A stretch of DNA of 52,545 nucleotides, the filler included, from Sphacelaria rigidula (taxonomy: Eukaryota), in the NCBI GenBank assembly GCA_964200075.2. It is 4 parts of 4 records of this genome, joined end to end, with 100 filler letters (N's around TTAATTAATTAA, not from the genome) between each part and the next. Parts side by side here need not be neighbours in the genome. Positions count along the whole stretch, not along the records: positions 26,326 to 39,386 come from CAXNAA020003190.1; positions 39,487 to 52,545 come from CAXNAA020003191.1; 2 more parts are not named here. One strand, written 5' to 3'. The position numbers were made by a program, and so were the translations under genes. Below, in pieces: positions 38,001-48,992 of the stretch; position 1 is the first letter of the stretch, and every line of letters starts with the position of its first letter. The notes beneath the pieces were generated by a model. It was given only the letters and a program-made list of their open reading frames with translations. It was not told the origin of the DNA and made no database searches.

Positions 38001-39048
38001 TTAGTTTCGTTCGTCTGGAGCCGACCGGAGCTTGTACAGCCGAGGTCACGGCTCAATATTTGTTGCAGTAGCGTAAGCCTTTGCACGGGTGTGGGTGAGC
38101 GATACAGCTTCGCATTTCAAAGATCGAGTGATGGCGCATCTGAGCGACGCGCTTTAGGTGAAACAACAATTTGCTGTTGCATACACCCCATGGTCAAACG
38201 GTGCATGTGAACGTATGGTGAAGGAGGTTATTCGTGCGCTGAGGTCTATTTTATTAGAACAGAGACGACCGGTGTCGGATTGGGTTAATGTTCTACCGGC
38301 AGCTCAGTGGGCGCTGAATACGTCTTTTCGTGAACGATACCGCAACACTCCATACTGTGTGATGTTTGGACGGGCGCCGCCTACCGCGTTTTCAACGTTG
38401 GTTTCTGCCACTGATGGCAAGTGGAGAATCGATGTCATGAATGCTGACGCGTTGCGTGACAAGGTTAAGAACGTCGTTGAAGAGCAAGTGAGGCTCTGCA
38501 AAGAAGTGCGAGCAGCTGTTGCGGTGTCCCGAGAAACTAAACGTAAGCTTGCTCAGGGCCGAGCTGTGTTGCCCAAATTTGCGGTTGGTGATTTTGTTTT
38601 GTATGCTCGTGTTCGTAGGCAAGGTGTGACGCCAAAACTGATGTCCACATGGACAGGTCCGTGGCGAGTGATCGGAGCCGATCACGCTCACGTGTGTTCG
38701 GTGCAGAATATTGTTTTTGACGCCGTGCACTCGACTCATGTCGCTCGTTCACGTTTTTATGCTGACTCACGGTTGCACATCACTGCGGAACTCAAAGATG
38801 TTTTTCAGCATCCGTATGCTCAGGGGGGGTGTCGGATGAATGCTTTGGTGCACATCGCAGAGGACGATGATGGAAATGTCATAGTTTTGGTCGATTGAGA
38901 TGGCTTCGATTCTGAAGAATATACGTGGGAGCCTCTTCGGAAAACTCATTCTTCGGTGCCTGAATTTGTTGTCAAGGAATTGCGTAAACTGCGGTTGACT
39001 CGGGCCTTGACCAGTAAATTAGCAACGGAGTATTGTATTTCTTTGTGA
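35005..39048 (+). pseudogene. pol: pol pseudogene: protease, RT, RNase H, integrase, chromodomain
   Basis: Protease site reads ILRSGS (catalytic Asp lost). RT reads LDFLQG...WVYD (one Asp lost); RNase H reads PDASDLHWG; the integrase zinc finger reads AH..GH..C..C; the chromodomain reads LVD*DGFDSEEYTWEP. Several premature stops and frameshifts. Confidence 0.9.
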
Positions 39049-39129
39049 TTTGGCGCATGCAAATTCGGCTTGGTGATTTTTGTTGGTTGTCAAGCTCGTT
39101 CGTTTGTCTTGGACTCGCTTTGGGGGTGC

Positions 39130-39377
39130 TGTAGCCCAAAATGGTGCCAAGCCGTTGCGTTTAACGTGTAGGATACGGGATGATGATTATGTGACAGGGT
39201 ACACTGTGGATGATGACCCTCACCGTGTAGCATTTGATGTGTAGCCAGTGGGCTGCTGTTGCTTACTTCGCGAATGGAAGCTCTAAGAGTAGCTTTTATC
39301 GAGCGTGAGGCCAGTGGATTCTGGAGAAGTTCCTCATTGTATAGCCCTCTTGTCCAGATCGTCTGGCAGAGGCTATA
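39130..39377 (+). repeat. 3' LTR (TG...TA)
   Basis: Direct repeat of 33665-33909. Confidence 0.93.
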
Positions 39378-39386
39378 GAACCAACA

Positions 39387-39486
39387 NNNNNNNNNNNNNN
39401 NNNNNNNNNNNNNNNNNNNNNNNNNNNNNNTTAATTAATTAANNNNNNNNNNNNNNNNNNNNNNNNNNNNNNNNNNNNNNNNNNNN
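39387..39486. other. Artificial contig spacer N44-TTAATTAATTAA-N44
   Basis: Identical to the other two spacers. Confidence 0.97.
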
Positions 39487-39846
39487 GTGAGGCAATCGCC
39501 AAAATATTCACCTGCAAACTCTGCTCCAGTGCACTGTAAGATGATATCGCTAGAAGGACACTACCAAAACGGCGTTGCCGGCTACTAGATGGTGAGGGCA
39601 TAGGATCCGCTAGCATTACTACTATCTGTATAGGAATATTGCCCCCTTGTCGGGTACGTGGGGAGGGGTCCGTGGCAGAACGCAGTGGTCGCGTCAAGCA
39701 GCTGCACGCCGGGTGTTCTCACTCAAGACTTCGATTTGGAGGATGATACTAGATAGGCAGCAGCAACTGCTGTGCAACCAGGTGCCCCTTGGAGCAGGGT
39801 GCGTTTTGTTTTTGTTTGACAAAGCTTTCCCCCAAAAACGAAATCA

Positions 39847-40084
39847 GAGTGACGCTGCGATAGGGTCTGCACTTTTGGGGCCAAAACCGGCCTGAGAAAA
39901 TTCAACATCTGAGAACATTGTGACCTCCGCCCGAACCTCAGACTGGAATTATCTCATGGGTCATGGATGCATGTTCCACCTTGAGGCTCTAAGACCTGTG
40001 GTGAGAGTCAAAGGTGATTCGACATGTCTAAATTCCGATTTCCTCTCAGGCCGCAAAAGCGCAGACCCTATCGCAGCATCACTC
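39847..40084. mobile_element. MITE, 238 bp, 31-bp TIRs
   Basis: GAGTGACGCTGCGATAGGGTCTGCACTTTTG ... CAAAAGCGCAGACCCTATCGCAGCATCACTC (2 mismatches); no clear TSD. Confidence 0.75.
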
Positions 40085-41629
40085 AACAGGGGTTTCAGAG
40101 TGATTAATGTAGCAAAAAACAAATCGCAGAAATTGGGTCGCAAAAATCAAGTCGCAAAAATGGAGTCGCGAAAAACCGGTCAGTCGAATTTTCACCCATA
40201 GCAGAAACCAATTTCACTTCGTGAAATTGGAACCACCTGCTACAGTACCTCGAAATCGGCTGAGCAGCAGCTCCTACTTTTTGGTGCTTGATTCCGTGCC
40301 TCCTTTTTTGTTGATATATGTTTGACTTCACAGAGGCTTTTTTTTCCTTCTCAACTTTACTCACCACGGAGTTGAGTGCGCCATGGAGTACAGCATCGCT
40401 ACTTGCGCGTTGATCTTCTGAAGTTGTTGCTTATGCGCCTGGCTGAATTTTGCATCTTGAACATGAACCGTAGCCAGATCATGTTTCTTTGCTCTTATGT
40501 GTCAGTCAACTGCATGTGATTCAACCGGTTAAAGATCATGGGACACCCTGGATTTTCTCAGTGTTTGGAGTATCCCGCATTTCAGGTTACACGGGGTATC
40601 GACTGCCAACAGGGGAAATGCCTCCAGGATATACAGGTATCCGCCAGCGGGAATACCCGACAGGGCACACGGGATCTCAAGGATATACTCTGGGCACTCC
40701 GGGTATCAAGGGTATCGTCTGTCGAAAACCCTCAGTTCCAGGGCACGGAAAGTATCGACTGCCGAATATTATCAAAACCCCGAGGTACCTGTACCCCGAA
40801 ACATCGGGTCTGGTACTCGAAATACTGAGTGCAAGTGCAGAGTACAAGCACGGAGTACTCCGGGTAGCCAGGGTACCCTTGCCTGAAAAACTGAGTACAC
40901 CCGGCTACCTTGGGTACCTACCCCCCCCGCCCCCCCCGCCCCCCCCAAAACACCCGGTGTAATAATCGGAGGTCAGGGTCCAAGTGCTCGGCATTGCGGG
41001 TACCCAGGGCACCCGATGTATCGACGGCCAAACATGCTCAGTACTCTGTAGCATACAGTGTATCGGCACCCAAAATATCCTACAGTACTGTTTTCTATAC
41101 TCTGCTGTAAGCACCTTCGGCACGTTGTGTTGCACTCTCCCTATATCCGTATATTTTGGACTAGGTGCTTGACGTCCTCTACAGGCACAACTACTCGTTT
41201 CGAGAGCTGAAATATAGTCATGCGCCGACTGGAGGACAGGAGTTTATTCGGAACTTTCATCTTCAGTTATTAGAACAAAATACCACCCACGTATTACAGT
41301 GTACCGGGCACACGCAGACACCATACGCTTCGACAACATCGTAAATTCGCACTTCACAGTACAGTAGTATCACACCATCGACGGAAAGGCGGAAGAATTT
41401 CACATTGCCGCTCGACCTAAAACACAAATACTGCGGAGCATACAGACATACTTGCCTCCAACATTTGCACACAAAATCGAACAGTACAAAAGCAGCTCCG
41501 TGCGACAGCATTGCAAGGCCCAGTTGTCACATGGCGAAGCCAAACAGCAGGGGGGAAAGGGGCACAGTACAGGCAGGACATCGAACAACAGCATCAGCCG
41601 ACACGTGACGCCCCCAATAGAGCCCGCCG

Positions 41630-44600
41630 TTACGCTTTCTGTTGTCCCAGAAGAGCACCCTTCACAACGGCATGAATTTTCTCCTTCATCATGAGCATTA
41701 GAGCGGCTGAGAGCACTCCTCGCGTGATTTCTGGGGCAATGCCCTGGTGAGTGGAAAAGGCATCATGGGCCAGATATATCAAGGCGAAGAGTCAAACAGC
41801 GAACGCGGGGGGATACGTGCGTGAGGCGAATGCAAGAAAGAGAAAGGCTTGATGAGTGATAAGATGTGACGGAGGAATGTACATCGGTGCTTTCTCTCTA
41901 CATCACAAATCAGATTTGAAACTTGACTAACTCCCTCTCGGTTACAGTAGATGCAAACATAACAAAAAAATACACCATCCATGCCCGAGTACATTCGACG
42001 CACAGCATGCACAATACAAGTAGGGGTTCGACAAGCGTAGTCAAGTTCGTGACATACGAGATGGGTCGCCAAAACGTGGCATTTCGGACACGCTGCAAAG
42101 ACCATCGCGTCATGCTCCAGCCTCAACTAATCTTGTATGCCTGAGTGACTGCAACTGACAACAAATGTTGTCATCACGATGGCACAACAGTACAACAATA
42201 CAAGTACAACGACAGCACAAAAACAGTACCACACTCATCCAAGTGTCGGCATTCGAACCTCATTTCCTCCACGTCGTGGTTTCATGATTGACGACAGTTC
42301 AAAAACAGTGTGTTGTGTCACGGTCCACGGTGGGCAGCGGACATCAAGCAAGAACACAACAAAGCGCAGCAACAAATAGGCCACGACGTATTCCAACAAG
42401 CCAGGTTCAGCGCAAAACCGTACACAGCTGACTTTACACGGCTGATGTTAAAGCTGGAAACTTAGGGAAAACACTGAAGAAGAGGCATAAAGATGGGCCT
42501 GGTGGTACTCTCATGTGCTCATCTCACCTCTAATTTCAACACCACGCCCGGACTGCACCTACACAAAGATTGTCCCCACAGTGCAGCAGATGAACCATAT
42601 ATATATATATATATACAAGGTTCCCCTCCGGGAGGTTGGTACTGGCTTCCCGGGGGTGACGCAAGTCGAAAATATCATCAGTGATATTCATTTTCTATAT
42701 TATGGGGCATTTGTGTGGGAGAATATGTACATTCCAGTAGATACTGTCGTGTTCCGCAGTTTCAATTGTCTCAGACCGAGAGTGGAGGTCATCACGGGGA
42801 GAGGGGTGGGCACTTCCAGCATGAAGAGCTCGCTCCACGGGCGGTGTGCGGAGGTGGAAAAAGCATCATCGCGCACGAGACCAGTCACAGCACGCATCGC
42901 AAGTGATTGCTACTGAAAAAAGGTCGCGTCCCGGTAGTACACGGCGAACTTGTGCAGGGTTCTCTACATGCCGGCCCCACCCCGCGCGCAAGGATTTCAA
43001 ATCACACTTGGTAGACCTAAAATAATGCGCGTGAATGCTTGGTACTAGGTTTTACTTGATTTCCGACTGAAGAAAGTTCTGAGAAAATTCATGATTTGGG
43101 GCAGGTGAGCAGTGGTGAGCAGTAGACCCAGCTCGTCCAGAACGTGTTTTGGTCCAAAATGGGCTCAAAGGCGTCGATTTGAGCTCTCGCAACGCACGCT
43201 TGATTTGAGAAACGCTCTGCACCTCCGTTGCCCGAGGGTTCTCGGTATGCCTTGGTCGGTGTTAGGGTGAGGGTTAGCGTTAGGGCTGGCGGCATCTCCA
43301 TAGTACCAACCACCGTTGACGTAAATTTCTTCAGGTCCCCTCTATGAAGTACCTGCGTAGGGATGCATACCTGTCACAAGGACATCTCTGCCATCCCTGT
43401 TACAAGGACATCCCTGCACCGGTACTTCACAGGTGCATCCTGTGAGGGAGTTCTCTCTTGCGGGAGGCATGATCACAGCGATTTCGGTACCTCCATGCGC
43501 TGGTCCTCCACAGGTAACCCACAGTGGGGGCATTTGCCCACGTGTGTGCCTTGTTCAACTCGCCAACGGCTCATTGCACGGTCTTGTGTTCGCTGCTGAC
43601 TAAGGCCAAGGCAATGTTCAATTGTTTTCCACTGCTTTGCTCTCATGTTCTCGTGACATTCGCTGCATAATCGCCGTCTTCGTGCTCCCCAATGAACGAG
43701 AACGCAAACAAAATCACGGTGAAAAAATACCCCGCCATGAACAGGCTTTTGTGGTTCGGGTTCCTGTTTGAAGTTTTCCATCATCTTGAAGAGACTTTTG
43801 TGGTTCGAGATCGACACCCTGCGAAAAAAAGCCAGTTTGGGCGACTTTCGGTGGCCAGAACACGCGCCACAGCTTTCAGATGGCGCCCAAACCTGAACGG
43901 GAATGTAACGCTGCGCCTTCTTCGTGCGCTGCAAAAGGAAGCGCGGGATAGAGTGCCTTGCTGCCAGAGAAAACTCGGTAGAAGTGGTGACAAATGTGAA
44001 ATGATACATGTACAGATATAGGTATATACATATACTACGCCCAAACCTGAACGGGAATGTAACGCTGCGCCTTCTTCGTGCGCTGCAAAAGGAAGCGCGG
44101 GATAGAGTGCCTTGCTGCCAGAGAAAACTCGGTAGAAGTGGTGAAAAATGTGAAATGATACATGTACATATATAGGTATATACATATACTACACATGTTC
44201 ATGCTCGGTCTATTGCCCGAAATTCACGCAGAGTATCCAAGGCAGTCGTACGTAATCCGGAAATGTGACTGTCTCAAAAATTGAGCGATATTTCGAGCGC
44301 GCCATGACCACGTGAGCTCCTGCCCTCTCTGGGATGCTTTCAGGTTCGTCCGCCATGCCGTTCATGGCAAGCAACCCCTCAGAAAGCAACCTGGCCAGAA
44401 AGTGCTGAAAATGAAAATGTACGTTCACTGCTTGCACCCCGCAGTGTCGCATTATCTCGATAAGCGTTTTGTGGCGTACTTTATCGCGGAACCATACCGG
44501 AGAGAGCAGCACTGGCATGTACAATAGTACAATAGTACAGTAGCTTGATTGAACCGGATCTATCCAAATTCCCCGGCAATCTTGGGTCGCCCGTTCGGGG

Positions 44601-47600
44601 CTGCATTCAGGTAACAAAGCCTGGGTCAGCCACCATCAGGTTACAAACATCATACCACTGAAGTGACGTCACGAAAACACCGCTCCAAACAACACAGGCA
44701 TTCCTATAATTCCTTTCATTCAGACAGTACCATACAGCGTAGAAAAAAACGGAATCGGGTCATTATCCACATAAAATAGAAACATATCAAGAAAGGAAGG
44801 GTCATTATTCACACAGCTACTCGACAGTCGGTAACGCGTGCCCAGGAAGGAGACGAATGCGGTGAATATACGGAGTAAGCACTGCTATATGTCGCTTTCC
44901 TTGACAAGTGATACATCAAACAATACTACTGACATTTTCTTCCCGTATGACGCGCCTCCAACCCTCTCCTTCGCGACGAGACCACGGTCACAAGGGATAA
45001 ACCCACCTCTACTCCGCTACACATCTTGGGTTTCGGCATCGGGGATTGGATCATGACTTACTCCATCGTGGCAACTTTGCGTCCAACAAGCTCTTTCTGC
45101 TACCTAAGTTCGCAGGTCATCAACGACGAAAATCGATTACTTGTAAAGAAAAAGCATCCTCCAGGGATCGAACCCCCGGTTTCGTCCGACCTAACGGTTT
45201 CGCTTGTTCCATGAGACCACCGGGGGCGCGACTGCAAGTAGTAAAATCAACATCAGAGGGACCCCACACTTCCGCTGAAGGTAAGCCATGACAAGAAGTC
45301 TACTTCCATCCGTGTGGACCACGTTGTTGCCGAGAGCTTACAATGATGTACTCGACATCCTCGGAGAAGAACACCCAAGCAACCAGTGTCGGTGACATTC
45401 TCACAAGAATACACGAGGTATGAGTTTTGCTACCACACACACGATGCCGTGAAGATTCGGGAAACACCCCTTTTCACCAAAACCCATCGGCCGGCAGATT
45501 TGTTTTTGTTTTGTTTTTTTTGGGGGGGGGTATACTCGGTGTGTGCAAAAGAACAGGAGCGGTATTTTGGATAGTCCATCGTAATCTTTCTCATCCAAGC
45601 GGCAGGTTGAAGGATAAGGACAAATGCTCGAAGTGTACATATACAAATGGCGAACATGTTCCGGGTAACGCGCAACTTATTTCTTGCCTGGAAGAGCGCC
45701 GATACTCCTTCTTCCTTGAGGATGGTGAGTAGGCTGCTCAAGATGGACGGCGTTTTCCCCTTATTCGCAGTTGCTCCTGCCCTGCGAAAACATCCCCGGT
45801 ACGCGCAGCAGAAAGACTCGTGTGGATAATGACTTCACCATGTTCTCAGTTGTACCGAAGGTACAGCCTCGAAAACAACGCCAATGGCATACGCAACTAA
45901 GGCGCCGACCTGCGAACAGAAAAACATTGAGGATTATACACGAGGTGGACCAGAATGTCGCGCACAATCGAACGCAACAGCTGTATTTCACTCGTCAGGT
46001 TTGTTCCAATGATTTCCAAGGATAGTTTATTCTTCATATTTTTCAACAAGGAATGAACAAGGGGGGTGGGAGCATGTGTATGGACTACGAGCTACGAGGC
46101 ATCCTTTTTCCGATGCTGAATCAAATACAGGACAAGGACATTCAGCTACAATATATGTGTTTTGCTCTGATAAAACATTCCGTAACATGACAAGGTACAT
46201 CATGGCAAACATGCAGATGCTTTCCAAAAACGTAACCGATGGTAAGCAAAGGGTCCAAATACACGACCGCTGCTGCCTACTGGCCGGAAACCACACTTGC
46301 GCAAAAGCCGTTCACACGTTTCCATGCGCCAGGGGAGCGGAGGCAGAAATTGAGAAGGGAAGGAGGGGGAGCAAACGCCATGTTCACTCAATCAACAGTA
46401 AAACCGCACATGACAATGACCCCGAGCGCCGCGAATCTTCTCCCCCGTTGCTGATATTGCCGCTTCAATGCTTGCTGCCCGCCGCTACTGCCGCTTCATG
46501 CTACAAACCCCGAGAAATGACTTCAATCCGGTCCACCGCCAATGCACCCGGAGCACCCCGTGGTGTAATGGTTCGACCGTCACCGTTAGGGTGAAGAGAA
46601 CGGCGGTTCGATTCCCGTTGCGTTGGGTGTTTTCTTCCAAGAATCTTATTTCCACCGTCAAAAGTATGAGTACGTGGATGAAACAAAAAGCAGATGAACT
46701 GAGTTTGTTTGACGAGAGCTGACGCGGTACGGAGTGCTGATAGTCATGACCCAATCTGCGAGACCAAAATGCAAGGCGTGTACCCGGGAGGAATGGGTTC
46801 ATCCCTTGAGACCATGGACTCGTCCCCAGGAAAGGGAGTTGAAAAACGCCAAGAAAAAAAAACGCGAAAAATAAGCTCGACAAAGTTCGCCGCCAATGCA
46901 CCCACAGCGCTCGTATACAACCCCACTCTTAGACTGAACGCGAGCTCACCGACTCATGATGATGACCTTAGCTCGGATATACGGGAAGACGAGTACCGTC
47001 GCCACCGCACGTGAGATGGCCCCAAGTACAAATGCCTACGAAGAGAGGGCAAGGGTGTGCGGGAAAACGAGTCACCCAAGTCCACGCCTTGGCGCACGAA
47101 AATACCACGACATCCAGAAGAGTTCACCACTTGATTGGATGGAACTTTCTCGGAATTTTTTGCTTGATTTGAGAGTGAACACGATATTCGGATCTCTAGT
47201 GGGGTTGACAGCCCCAAGTGCCTCCAGCGTGCCCAAAACGCGCTTCTGTCTAAATCGGCGCATGCCGCCCCGATTTGAGCTTCACCACCCACACACATTG
47301 CCTAGGGAACACTTTGCACCCCGCTCGTCCGAGGGTTCTCAGTATGCCTCGGGTTGGGGTTGGGATTAGGGTTAGGGTTAGTCCGAGAAAACGTGTTTCC
47401 GAGAAACTTCTTGTCCAACCACGTGGTTAACTAACCTCGATGCATACAACAAAAATTCCATTTTTTCGTCATAATCTTGACGCCTCTCTCCTTCCTGGGG
47501 ACGACGACTCTGTAGAGTCCCAAAGGGGTCGACACATCACTCCCTCTGCACAACTCCGACATTTTCTTATAGCGGATTGAATCAGCGCTCCCGCACCGCG

Positions 47601-48835
47601 TCTCCTGTCGTCGAGATGTTCCAATGTCACTCGTGCTTTTCAGCAAGGAAAACCGAATCCTTGGCAGGAAAAAAATCCAACATATGTCGCAAATTGAAAC
47701 CCTTCGCCTTCTGCCCTCACTGATTTCTGGCGTATGAGCTAGGCGACCGAGACGCGGCGACAAAGCCATGAAGGGTCGAAAATTCGTTCCGGGCGTGACC
47801 TTGCACAGGCACGAAGCTTTACCTCACGATGAGTCGTGTCTGAGGACCCTAGTAATGCAGCACGGTACGGTTGATCGTGGGGTATTGACCTACGTGGCGG
47901 CAATACCGAAGGCTATGGTGTGTATCACCCGGGGCGACAAAAAAAAATATCCTTGAATTTTCGTGTTTTCATCGAAACATAAGCCTCTCGCCAATGCTGA
48001 AATATCTCCGTCCCGTTCATCAGAGGATCATGACATTCTTGGATGAGTGAAGATGCGTCAGGGTTTTTCCTTCGAAGTATCAGATTTCCGTGGTCGAACG
48101 CGTTAGGCAGCGAGTAGGTAACAAGATGTTGGTGGAGTTTGTTGTACGAGAGTTGACGCGGTGCGGGAGCGCTGATGTTATCCGCGAGATCAAAATGCGA
48201 GGCTTGTGCCGGGGAGAGATGAGTTGATTCCCTTGAGACCACAGGCTCGTCCGTCCCCAGGAGGAGCGGAAGGTGGAGGGTTCGCATCCCAACAGATACG
48301 CTTGATTTCAGAGGGGTTTCTGATTTCCGCTATTAAAAACATTAGGCGTAATTATTAAATAAAATGTGACGACAGTCTACGTGGTGCGGGAGTGCTGATT
48401 CAATCTGTGATACCAAATGTCGGGCATGTACCGGGTAAGAGACGTGTTGATGTCGTTGGACCATTAGACCACAGGCTCGTCCTGGGGAAGGGGAGAGTTT
48501 GAAAATTCGACTACAAAATAAAGACACACATGTAGATATTGCATGTATACAAACGACACGAACAGCCCGGCGACGTCACCGCTACAGATTATAGAAAATT
48601 CGAGCTTGGGCTTCGTGTCGCTCGGGTGGTATTCTCCGTATAACGCCTATGGTACAACGAACCGCTTGCAAGCCGCCTGAGATCCACCTACATGTGCGCA
48701 ACTAGGAGCGCATGGTACGCCGGGTTACGCCCCATGAATCGCTGGCAACACGTAGGCTGGGCCGTATACCGAACATTGAATACTATGCTTGTCGTACTTG
48801 TACCAGTAAAGTTACTGCTGTTGTCGTATGTGAGT

Positions 48836-48872
<37 letters not shown>

Positions 48873-48949
48873 GATAGGTCTCATCAGCCGGCAACGGGGC
48901 GGCGTTTTTTTTTTAAATACTCCCCTTATTTACCCCGGGNNNNNNNNNT

Positions 48950-48992
<43 letters not shown>

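Larger units (their letters stand above)
33665..39377 (+). mobile_element. Full-length, inactivated Ty3/Gypsy LTR retrotransposon (chromovirus)
   Basis: LTRs at 33665-33909 and 39130-39377 differ by about 14 substitutions and one 3-nt indel by eye. Near-TSD GAAAC/GAACC; G-rich tract before the 3' LTR. Domain order is gag, PR, RT, RNase H, IN, chromodomain. Confidence 0.96.

Noticed and set aside
47351-47381. True telomere or chromosome end
   Set aside because: Only a few degenerate units, located inside a TIR element within an intron.
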